From positions 3,528-67,527 of the IMG/VR virus record IMGVR_UViG_2974749469_000001: a stretch of DNA of 64,000 nucleotides; one strand, written 5' to 3'. Below, piece by piece: positions 29,313 to 37,789 of the stretch (positions are counted from its first letter, which is position 1; every line of letters starts with the position of its first letter). A model generated the notes under the pieces. It ran no database searches. It had not been told where the DNA came from and saw nothing but the letters and a program-made list of their open reading frames with translations. Made by a program: the position numbers and the translations under genes. This DNA comes from a virus. Taxonomy: Duplodnaviria; Caudoviricetes.

Positions 29313-30422
29313 ATGCCGGACACTATCAAGGAAGCCATCGTCCAGCTAAAGCTGCGATGGGACGGCGACGTGATGGACTACGAGTCCACCCGCCGCGCAA
29401 TCATCGAGGTCACCAACGGTGTCGGCGAGCTGCTCCTCCCCCGCGGACGACAGGGAGACCCCGGTAACGACGGCGAACCCGGGCCTAAGCTGGCACCCGA
29501 CCTCGTCGTCGAGGAAGCCAACGATGCCGACGTCACCCCGCAGCTCCCCCAGGGGCTCGCGGAGGGCGACCGAGGATACGTCGTCATCAACGACACCACC
29601 AAGACCGCGTGGTTCTGGTCCGGCGAGCAGTGGTTCATCGTCCATGACGTTGTCGGTCTCCAGGGGGAGATCGGCCCGTCGGTCGGCTTCACCGTCGGCA
29701 CCGTCACGACCTCTCCGTCCGGCGGCCAGGCATCGGTCTCCATCGACCCGTCGTCCACCCCGACGAACAAGATCCTGAACTTCACCCTCCCTCGCGGCGA
29801 CAAGGGGGCCGTCGGCGTCGGTCAGAAGGGCGAGCCCGGCGACGCGATCACCACGGCGGCCGACTTCGAGATGCCCGAGGAAGGCCTCCAAGACGGCCAG
29901 GTGCCGGTCTGGGACACCACCGCGGGCAAGTTCATCCCTCTCACCATCACCTCGGGACCCGTCGGCCCATACGGCCTGGGACCCAATGAGTTCACCGTCG
30001 TCACCGACAACAACTGGTCGAACGACTACAAGGTCATCGCTCAGATCGAGATCCCCGCGCAGGCCTTCGCTTGGCACCCCCGAGTCTTCGCGCAGTGCGA
30101 CGTCCGGCTCACCGGCATCCAGGCCCGCGTCGACCTCGAAGCCCGACTTGGCTCCCCAACCGGACCCGTCGTTGGCCGGGGACCCGGCAACACCATCTCG
30201 ACCTTCATCGACAACTACTACCCGCGCGACCTCTCTCCGGCATTCGAGGGAGGGCCGATCACCCCGGACTCCTCGGCGTACTCTGTGGCCCGAGGAGCTG
30301 TCGGCACGATCTATCTCGTGATCCGGCGCATCGACACCCTGGCCACCTTCGGCGTCTCCACCCGGCGGGACCGGGCATCGTTGGCCGTCTACTGCGACCC
30401 GATCCCGGGCTCGGAGAGCTGA
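29313..30422 (+). CDS. minor tail protein with collagen-like G-X-Y segments
   Basis: PRGRQGDPGNDGEPGP, PRGDKG..GQKGEPG. Confidence 0.8.
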   Translation: MPDTIKEAIVQLKLRWDGDVMDYESTRRAIIEVTNGVGELLLPRGRQGDPGNDGEPGPKLAPDLVVEEANDADVTPQLPQGLAEGDRGYVVINDTTKTAWFWSGEQWFIVHDVVGLQGEIGPSVGFTVGTVTTSPSGGQASVSIDPSSTPTNKILNFTLPRGDKGAVGVGQKGEPGDAITTAADFEMPEEGLQDGQVPVWDTTAGKFIPLTITSGPVGPYGLGPNEFTVVTDNNWSNDYKVIAQIEIPAQAFAWHPRVFAQCDVRLTGIQARVDLEARLGSPTGPVVGRGPGNTISTFIDNYYPRDLSPAFEGGPITPDSSAYSVARGAVGTIYLVIRRIDTLATFGVSTRRDRASLAVYCDPIPGSES

Positions 30423-30423
30423 C

Positions 30424-32982
30424 GTGACCTACCCCGCGGAGGGGAACCGGCATACCCCGCGCGAGCTGATCGAGGCCGGGTCGAAGATCGCGCTGAAGAG
30501 CGACATCTGGGACCCCAAGAGCGTCCAGGAGATCGTCGCCAAGATCTTCGACCTCTTCGACTTCGACATCCCCAATTGGCAAGACGCCATTGCTAATTGG
30601 GAGGCGCTGAAGGACGCCTTCGAGGGCACCTATGTCGGAAATGATGTCGCTCTGAACATCATTCAGAACACCGTCGGCACGATCCGCCGACTGGTCACCG
30701 GACTCATCGACCCCTCGCGGCTCCCGCTGATCCCATTCAGCCACATCGGGGAGGCCTACCCCAACCTGCTCGACAACGGCAGCTTCGAGGGGCCGGACTC
30801 GCTCGCCGGTGACGACGACTGGGCCTGGGACGGCACCGAGGGACACAACGCTCTTGGCTCCGCACGAGCCACGGCCGACGGTAGCCGAAAGGTGTTGCTG
30901 TCCAACGCCGTAGCCGCGACACCGGAGCAGAAGTTCAACGTCGCCGGGTGGGTGAAATGGACCGGACTGACCGCCGGTCCCGCAGCGCTGCGCGTCTCGG
31001 CGCTGGCCTACAACGGCACCGCGGTCGTCGAGGAAGCCGTCATCGTCAATGCGGACTCCCCGGCTGCATCGTCGAATTGGATCGAGTTCGCCGGAACGTA
31101 TCAGGTGCCGCCGACAGCCACGAGCGTGCGCGTCCAGGTCGAGGTCGGCGCGTCGGCCAGCGCGGGCACCGTGTGGTGGGACGACATCAAGGTCTCGAAG
31201 TACGGCAGCCTTCCGCAACGCTTCATCAGCGGCCTGCTCGACGCGCTCGGGGACCTCGGAGACGGCATCGCCGCGGTCGTCGGCCGGATCGGCGACTTCT
31301 TCGACAACATCACCGGCCGCGTCGGCGCCACGATCGTCGACATCCAGCAGTGGGTCTCTCAGCTCGGCACGATCCTGTCCGGCGGGACCGTCGGTACCGG
31401 AATCCTGCCGACCCTGTCGAACGGCCTCCGTGGTGTTGTCGGTGGCATTCAGGACTTCGCGCAGAACATCCTCGACGCCATCATCCGAGCGATCCGCGGT
31501 GTCCCCTTCGTCGGAGGTTCCTTGGCGAACCTCATCGAGGAAGTCACCGGACTCCGCACCACGGCCGACGTCGCTAACGCGACCGCGATCACCGCAGACA
31601 CGAAAGCGGAGAACCTCGCGGCCAACGTGCGCGACGGCGCGGAGAACACCGGCGCGGCTGCCGGGTCCGGACCTATTGCCGAGGCCTTCGAGGCCGTCCG
31701 AGGTCTTCGTCGCCGAGCCGACGAGGCGCAGGAAGCGGCCGTCGTCGCACAGCAACAGCTCCAGGAACTCCTGGCTTCCAACGAGGCCGGGGCCTCCGGC
31801 GGTCGCAGTGGCACTGACACGATCAACCGCCCGGACTCGAACACTCTCGGCCCGCTGTGGATCTCGAACAACGTCGGCGGCGGCCAGCTCTCGATCGTCA
31901 ACAACGCGATCGAGCTGACCTACTCTGACGTCTCCCAGCCTGCACGTGGATACGCACTCTGGGACGGCGAGGCGCCAGTCAGCGACTACTTCCAGAACAC
32001 CGTCGTGCTGAAGAGTGGGTTCTCCAGCTCCTTCGGTGGTGGTGACCCCTACCTCTACCTGCTCAACCGGTGGGACGGACTCTGGGTTGGCAACAGCGCG
32101 AGCAACCTCATGCCGAACAACGCGATCATGACCCGGCTCTCCAAGACCGGAGGGCTCGCGGTGTACATCGTCATCAACGGCGTGGCCGGGACTCCGGTCG
32201 CCACCTCCGATGTCGAGGACCCCCGCGCCGGTGACGTGATCCAGTTCCGCCCCGGATCGCTGGCGAACGAGCGTCAGTTCTCCCTGCTCTACAACGGTCG
32301 CACCGTCGCCGGTCACACCGACAACGCCGACCTGTCGAAGATGGGTCCGACCTTCCGTCGGCACGGCGTCGCGATGTACGGCGAGGGGGTCCCCTTCGTC
32401 GGCTGGAAGCGGCCGTCGCCGATCTCCAGTTACTCCTGGTCGGACATCCCCGGCGGCGGGATCGTGCTCGGCAACGCCTTCCGATACTCGCGCGTCGCCG
32501 CGGCCTCGGTAAACCAAGTGATGAGCGCTCGCATCCCGGCGAACTTCTTTGACACGCAAGTGATGTCGGAGGACATCAAGCCTCCGGTCGGAACGACCTA
32601 TGACTACGCCCGCGGAGAGTTCGTCGTGACGAAGGAAGGCTGGTGGCAGTTCGAGCTGATGTACACCGGCACCACCGTGGTGATCGACTCTTCCTCCTCC
32701 TCCCTTCTTCGTCCAGTGTTGTTCCACGGTCAGGGGGCCGTAGGGAACTCTTCGATCCCGATGTCAACCACCGTCCGCGTCAACCCGAACCAAGATGACC
32801 CGGACACCTTCGGAGACCAAGGGAAACAGGCACTCTCCATCACCCAGGCAATGGGGTCGGTCATGAGATACTGCACGGTTGGCGAGCGCGTCGCCCCGGG
32901 GTGGGGAGCGACCGGACCAGCCAGCCTCGTCGGCGTCGCCGACGGATACGGAATGTCGTTCTCCGGACGACTGCTCGGATAG
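30424..32982 (+). CDS. minor tail protein with CBM-like domain
   Basis: NLLDNGSFEG...VWWDDIKV carbohydrate-binding-like module, coiled coil, C-terminal beta domains. Confidence 0.8.
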   Translation: MTYPAEGNRHTPRELIEAGSKIALKSDIWDPKSVQEIVAKIFDLFDFDIPNWQDAIANWEALKDAFEGTYVGNDVALNIIQNTVGTIRRLVTGLIDPSRLPLIPFSHIGEAYPNLLDNGSFEGPDSLAGDDDWAWDGTEGHNALGSARATADGSRKVLLSNAVAATPEQKFNVAGWVKWTGLTAGPAALRVSALAYNGTAVVEEAVIVNADSPAASSNWIEFAGTYQVPPTATSVRVQVEVGASASAGTVWWDDIKVSKYGSLPQRFISGLLDALGDLGDGIAAVVGRIGDFFDNITGRVGATIVDIQQWVSQLGTILSGGTVGTGILPTLSNGLRGVVGGIQDFAQNILDAIIRAIRGVPFVGGSLANLIEEVTGLRTTADVANATAITADTKAENLAANVRDGAENTGAAAGSGPIAEAFEAVRGLRRRADEAQEAAVVAQQQLQELLASNEAGASGGRSGTDTINRPDSNTLGPLWISNNVGGGQLSIVNNAIELTYSDVSQPARGYALWDGEAPVSDYFQNTVVLKSGFSSSFGGGDPYLYLLNRWDGLWVGNSASNLMPNNAIMTRLSKTGGLAVYIVINGVAGTPVATSDVEDPRAGDVIQFRPGSLANERQFSLLYNGRTVAGHTDNADLSKMGPTFRRHGVAMYGEGVPFVGWKRPSPISSYSWSDIPGGGIVLGNAFRYSRVAAASVNQVMSARIPANFFDTQVMSEDIKPPVGTTYDYARGEFVVTKEGWWQFELMYTGTTVVIDSSSSSLLRPVLFHGQGAVGNSSIPMSTTVRVNPNQDDPDTFGDQGKQALSITQAMGSVMRYCTVGERVAPGWGATGPASLVGVADGYGMSFSGRLLG

Positions 32983-32990
32983 GGGAGACT

Positions 32991-33155
32991 ATGTCGGAAA
33001 CCGTTCACGCACAGTTCGATTCGCTGCCCGGCGTCGACGTCGTGCTCACCCGAGGGCACGACGAGTACGGTCCGGACTTCATCTCCGTCGAGTGCTATCG
33101 CGACGGCGAGTTGATCCGAGGCGCGAACGGTGGGTTCAGCGGGCCTGGGGCCTGA
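32991..33155 (+). CDS. small tail-region protein
   Basis: GGGGAG RBS, ATG 32991. Confidence 0.65.
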   Translation: MSETVHAQFDSLPGVDVVLTRGHDEYGPDFISVECYRDGELIRGANGGFSGPGA

Positions 33156-34216
33156 TGGTCTGGTCACCGAATCCGGAGGTCGAAGCCCCGATCAACCCGG
33201 GCCTCGGCTGGTCGGCTGACGGACCCCAGGGACCGCCGGTCGACCCCGTCGTCGGTTGGTGGGTGAAGAAGCAGCTCCTCGGGATCGCCGACAGCTACAG
33301 CGAGCACACCGCGACTCTCGCGGCGCACCTCCGCGCCGAGATGGCGGCCACCGGAACGTTCTCTGCCGCGTCGGTCGCGCACCTCGTCGCCACCATCACG
33401 GCCGCAGCCACACACCCCACCTCTCTGGCCGCGCGTCTCATCGCGACTATGTCGAGCGAGGCTGCCCACAGCGCACGAGCCAGCCTCCCGGTCAGCGGTA
33501 TCGCCCCATCGAGCGCAGCCTTCCCGGCGGCCGTGAGAGCGCAGCTCTTCGCGATGGCGATGGGTCTGTCGGAGCAGTCGGCTGCCGTGGTCGCGCATCT
33601 CGTTGCGACCTTCGTCTCGTCCGCGTCCTTCCCCGCGGAGGCGGCGTACAGCCCGGTAGCGCCGACCACCACGACCTACACCACCGTCGGAGCTTTCACC
33701 TACCCGATCCCCTCCTGGTGCATTTTCATCGACGCCATCGGGCTCGGCGGCGGCAAGGGTGGTCAAACCGGCTCCGGCGCTAATGGCCAGCCGGGCTCCG
33801 GAGGGCTCCCCGGGGTGTGGGCCGGGATCACTCTTCAGCGTGGGGTCGACATCCCCTGGAGCGAGTCCCAGTTCACCGGGGTGGTCGGCGCCGGAGGAGC
33901 GGGAGGGGCCAACTCGGACAACGCCGCCGGACAGAACGGCACGGCCTCGACGATCACCGCGTCGGTCGGCACGCTCACAGCCGCGGGTGGGACCGGCGTC
34001 AACAGCGGGTCGACGAGACGCGACGGCCCGGGTCCGGGCAACTACACTTACCTCGGCATCGAGTACGTCGGCGGCGCGCTGTCCGATGGCAGCGGGCTTC
34101 CGGGCAACCCACCCGGCGGTGGCGGCTCCGGCGGCAACGGCGGCGTGTTCGGCAACAGGACTCGCGGTGGCGCGGGAGCGAGGGGACAGGTGTGGTTCAG
34201 AGCACGACAGTCATAG
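33155..34216 (+). CDS. minor tail protein, glycine-rich C-terminal domain
   Basis: ATG 33155 (TGATG overlap); YTYPIPSWC..ID.IGLGGG.GG. Confidence 0.8.
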   Translation: MVWSPNPEVEAPINPGLGWSADGPQGPPVDPVVGWWVKKQLLGIADSYSEHTATLAAHLRAEMAATGTFSAASVAHLVATITAAATHPTSLAARLIATMSSEAAHSARASLPVSGIAPSSAAFPAAVRAQLFAMAMGLSEQSAAVVAHLVATFVSSASFPAEAAYSPVAPTTTTYTTVGAFTYPIPSWCIFIDAIGLGGGKGGQTGSGANGQPGSGGLPGVWAGITLQRGVDIPWSESQFTGVVGAGGAGGANSDNAAGQNGTASTITASVGTLTAAGGTGVNSGSTRRDGPGPGNYTYLGIEYVGGALSDGSGLPGNPPGGGGSGGNGGVFGNRTRGGAGARGQVWFRARQS

Positions 34217-34494
34217 AGTTCGGGACCGAGTTCTGGATCGAGTTCGGCACCCAACAGGTCGTGCCTCTCGACACTGAGATCATCGGCCGACGGGTCGAGG
34301 ACGGATACCTCATCGTCGAGGCATGGTGCGTCTACGACTACGGTCCCTTCTCCGACGGCGGCGCACCGGCTTTCGACTTCCAGGCGCTCCTGCTGGAGGC
34401 CAGCCTGTTCGGAGAGCTGATCGAGCCGACCGAAGTCACCTGCACCAGCTCGCCAGACGGCCAGGGTGCTCGCATCACCACGATCAAGGAGTAG
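34192..34494 (+). CDS. tail-region hypothetical protein
   Basis: GTG 34192 after GAGGGG; start uncertain. Confidence 0.6.
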   Translation: MVQSTTVIEFGTEFWIEFGTQQVVPLDTEIIGRRVEDGYLIVEAWCVYDYGPFSDGGAPAFDFQALLLEASLFGELIEPTEVTCTSSPDGQGARITTIKE

Positions 34495-34497
34495 ACC

Positions 34498-34839
34498 ATG
34501 GCCGCAACGAACGCCGACAAGATCGCGATCGCTGAGTACATTGCCAGCCGCGGGAACAAGATCACCCCGCACAACGGCGACCCGGGAACGACCGGCGCGA
34601 GTCGGATCGGCACGCTGGAAGGCAACACCGCCTGGGGTTCCGGCGCGATGGATGGGTCTGTCGCGCAGGTGGTTGGCGGCGCGGTCCCCTTCGTGATCCC
34701 CGGCAACACCAACGTGACGCACTACGGGATCTGGAACGGGACAACCTTCCTGCGCGGGTACCCCTTGGACAACCCCATCACTATCGGCGTATCAGCCACC
34801 TCGGTCGACATCACCCCTAAGATCCGGTACACGAGCTGA
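34498..34839 (+). CDS. minor tail protein
   Basis: HNGDPGTTGA...THYGIW motif typical of small actinophage tail proteins. Confidence 0.7.
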   Translation: MAATNADKIAIAEYIASRGNKITPHNGDPGTTGASRIGTLEGNTAWGSGAMDGSVAQVVGGAVPFVIPGNTNVTHYGIWNGTTFLRGYPLDNPITIGVSATSVDITPKIRYTS

Positions 34840-34897
34840 GTTTCGACCGGCGGTCATCGCCGGTGCTACCGTCGGGGCACCGGGAGAGGGAGTGAAG

Positions 34898-35530
34898 ATG
34901 GCCGCTGGCGACGTCGTACTGAAGTTCGACCACGTGATCATTCCGCAGGAGACGTATTACTGGTGCGGACCTGCGACGATGCAGGTTCTCCTGTCAATCC
35001 GCGGGATCAAGGTCACCGAGAAGTACATGGCCGACCAGCTCGGAACCACCGTCAACGGCACCGACACCATCCTCTACCTCACCCGCGAGCTGAACGAGCG
35101 TCTCGGTGACATCTATCGCACCGTGCAGGTCCCGGGAGCCGGAGACCTGGAACAGTTCCGCAAGCACGTCTTCCACTCGATCGACGCAGGATTCGGCGTC
35201 GGCGGGAATATCATGGTGCCTCCGGCCAACTACCCACGGCCACAGCGCGGCGAACGCGCGAGCTACAGCGGTGGGTGGGTCTATCACTACTGGTCGATCG
35301 TCGGGAAGAACGAGCGGCTCGACCAGATGGCGATCGCCGACAGCGGATTCCCCGATTACTTCTACTGGGTCACCAGTGAGCAGGCGCTCTCGATGATCTC
35401 CGGCAAGGGGTACACCTGGGCTGCGAACGCCAAGGTCGCCGACGACTTTCTCGGATCGCTGTCCGACGCCGACCAGCGCCGCGTGCTCGCCGCCGCGATC
35501 CAGGTCTCCGAGCCCCACCGAGGAGCATGA
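34898..35530 (+). CDS. lysin A, C39-like peptidase part
   Basis: QETYYWCGPAT...HYWSIVG...IADSG; start ATG 34898 or GTG 34892. Confidence 0.8.
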   Translation: MAAGDVVLKFDHVIIPQETYYWCGPATMQVLLSIRGIKVTEKYMADQLGTTVNGTDTILYLTRELNERLGDIYRTVQVPGAGDLEQFRKHVFHSIDAGFGVGGNIMVPPANYPRPQRGERASYSGGWVYHYWSIVGKNERLDQMAIADSGFPDYFYWVTSEQALSMISGKGYTWAANAKVADDFLGSLSDADQRRVLAAAIQVSEPHRGA

Positions 35531-36552
35531 TGGACGCCGCCACACTGCGCCAGGCGCTCATGCCGACAACCAAGTCGGCCGACGACCTGCGCCCGTTCGT
35601 CCCCTTCGTCGAAAACGCGATGGAGATCGCCGGAGTCAACACCGTCCGGCGGGCCGCCGCGTGGTTCGCCACCCTCGGCGAGGAGACCGGCGGGTTCGCC
35701 AACTTCGTCGAGCTGTGGGGTCCGACTGCACAACAGCGCGGGTACGAAGGCCGAGCGGACCTCGGGAACACGGTCCGAGGGGACGGCTACCGGTTCCGCG
35801 GTCGTGGGGCCATCCAGCTCACCGGCCGAAACAACTACCGCGAGTTCGGAAAATGGTGTGTCGCAAGGGGTCTCGTCGATGACCCCGAGCACTTCACGAA
35901 GAACCCGGATCTCGTCGCGACGCCGCGATGGGGGTTCCTGGCCGCGGCGAAGTACTGGTCGACGACCTCGCGCAAGGGGAAGACGATCAACGAGTGGGCC
36001 GACGCCGGGGACATCTTGGCCGTCAGCCGGTGCGTTAACGGCTGGATCGACGGGGTCATGCCCTGGGGATGGCCGGGGCGACAGCAGCGTTACAAGACAT
36101 GTCTCGCGCTCGGCGAGGCGATCCTACCGGGAGGTTTTCTCATGGCACTCGACGACAAGGCTCAGGGGACCATCCTCGGCGCCGCGATCCAGACCGGCGA
36201 CGCACAGGTCACCGACGTCGAGAAGGGTGTGATCGGTCCACGACCGCAGCGGCACACCGAGTTCTACAACGTCGACGGCAACCCGTCACTCGCGGTCAAG
36301 GGCAAGAAGCTGGCCTACCTGCGCGCGATGGTCATGGACCTCTGGAACGAGCTGGTCTACGACGGCTATGTCGCCGAGGTCGAGGACCCCGCGCTCGACG
36401 ACAGGCGCTACGGCTCGCCGGTGCGATTCATCACCGCGATCCACAAGAACGTCCGACAGTCCTTCCTCCTGATCAAGGCGATCGCGGAGAAGGTCGGCGT
36501 GGACACCAAGGCCGTGCTCGAACCGGCCCCAACCATCGAGGAGAAGAAGTGA
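35527..36552 (+). CDS. lysin A, GH19 glycoside hydrolase part
   Basis: EETGGF...YEGRADLGN..GDGYRFRGRGAIQLTGRNNY. Confidence 0.88.
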   Translation: MMDAATLRQALMPTTKSADDLRPFVPFVENAMEIAGVNTVRRAAAWFATLGEETGGFANFVELWGPTAQQRGYEGRADLGNTVRGDGYRFRGRGAIQLTGRNNYREFGKWCVARGLVDDPEHFTKNPDLVATPRWGFLAAAKYWSTTSRKGKTINEWADAGDILAVSRCVNGWIDGVMPWGWPGRQQRYKTCLALGEAILPGGFLMALDDKAQGTILGAAIQTGDAQVTDVEKGVIGPRPQRHTEFYNVDGNPSLAVKGKKLAYLRAMVMDLWNELVYDGYVAEVEDPALDDRRYGSPVRFITAIHKNVRQSFLLIKAIAEKVGVDTKAVLEPAPTIEEKK

Positions 36553-36863
36553 CTCTGCCCAACGTGCCCGACGTCCCGTCCAGCGTCGTCATCGACGAAC
36601 TCCGGGCTACCCTGGAGCGCCAGCCGTGGTACAAACGGTTCGCCAACACCGTCACCACCGCGGTCGGCGCGCTTGCGTTGATTGCCTGGCTGTTGACGTC
36701 CAACGGAATCGGTATCGACCCCGCGATCGTCACAGCGGTCGGGTCGGCGCTCGGAGTGCTGACGACTCTCGGCGTGCTGAAGACCCCGAACGGCGTCACC
36801 CCGCGCGGAGTGGCGACAGTCCAGGTCGCCGCCGTCTCCGCCGGTCGCCATCGACAGGAGTAA
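36549..36863 (+). CDS. holin
   Basis: Two TM helices directly after the lysin; TPNG motif. Confidence 0.75.
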   Translation: MTLPNVPDVPSSVVIDELRATLERQPWYKRFANTVTTAVGALALIAWLLTSNGIGIDPAIVTAVGSALGVLTTLGVLKTPNGVTPRGVATVQVAAVSAGRHRQE

Positions 36864-36867
36864 TCGA

Positions 36868-37377
36868 GTGCTCGATCGCCTGAAGGACCACCTCCCCGAA
36901 AAGGGAGGTTGGGTTCCGCTGATCCCCATGCCGGTCCGGATGATCATCCTGATCCTTTGGGCGATCGAGCCTATCTCGCGAGGACTCGACTACATCACTG
37001 GCGATGCCCCGAACGTCACCCAATCGCTCAACGCGGTCGAGGGGGCGCTTCCCCTTCAAGCCTGGGGTGCCTTCTGCCTCACCGCTGGCGTGCTCATCCT
37101 GGCCGGGTTCGCCGGACGGTGGAAACGGATCGCTATCTCCGGTCTCCACATCGCTGGGGCGACGTACTTCTGCCTGGCCGTCGGCCTGACTGACACAGCC
37201 ATCGAACGAGGGGGCGACGGCTTCCGCACCCCGGTGATGTTCTTCATCTTCGCGCTCACATACTGGTGTGCCGCGTTCGGATATGCTCTGGTCCGACGCG
37301 AGCAGGTGGTCGTTGTCACCGATGACGACCCGGAAGACGCGAAGGTGCCTGATGGAACTGCCGATCCCCACCACTGA
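36868..37377 (+). CDS. 4-TM membrane protein (lysis cassette)
   Basis: Four hydrophobic segments. Confidence 0.75.
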   Translation: MLDRLKDHLPEKGGWVPLIPMPVRMIILILWAIEPISRGLDYITGDAPNVTQSLNAVEGALPLQAWGAFCLTAGVLILAGFAGRWKRIAISGLHIAGATYFCLAVGLTDTAIERGGDGFRTPVMFFIFALTYWCAAFGYALVRREQVVVVTDDDPEDAKVPDGTADPHH

Positions 37378-37789
37378 CAACTTCTGGCTGACCCTTCTCG
37401 TCTTCATCCTCTTCGGATCGCCCGCTCTGTTCTCGAAGGGTATGGCCAAGGTCCCGGGCTTCCTCGGCGCCGGGGCCCGCTGGTGGCAGCGCCGCTCCGA
37501 GGGCAACTCCTCGGCCGCCAGGGTGGTCACCGCGGCGAACCTCGACCGCATCATCGACGAGCGGGTGTCGGAAAAGGTCGGCCACATCGAGAAGGAGGTC
37601 GAGGAGCTTCGCGAGGACGTCGACATGTACTCCGAGTACCTGACCTACGACGCGGGCTGGCACCGGAACATCAACATCTTCGCAGCTCAGGCGGGCTTCG
37701 ACTTCCCGCCGCCGCCGCACATGACCTTCACCCAGTGGCGGGATCGCAAGCGCGCGGCACTGCTCGACCAGTCAGGCCCCGCCACCTGA
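37352..37789 (+). CDS. 1-TM plus coiled-coil membrane protein (lysis cassette)
   Basis: ATG 37352; N-terminal TM then heptads. Confidence 0.75.
   Translation: MELPIPTTDNFWLTLLVFILFGSPALFSKGMAKVPGFLGAGARWWQRRSEGNSSAARVVTAANLDRIIDERVSEKVGHIEKEVEELREDVDMYSEYLTYDAGWHRNINIFAAQAGFDFPPPPHMTFTQWRDRKRAALLDQSGPAT

Noticed and set aside
7265-32727. Many long antisense or alternate-frame ORFs (e.g. 20705-23434, 22771-24540, 27590-29338, 30259-32727 on the minus strand)
   Set aside because: Shadow ORFs typical of high-GC DNA; they overlap well-supported genes and have no motifs
12413-36702. One-mismatch operator variants in portal (TTGACGCCAA, 12413) and holin (TTGACGTCCA, 36693)
   Set aside because: Coding context with no promoter; one-mismatch hits are expected occasionally
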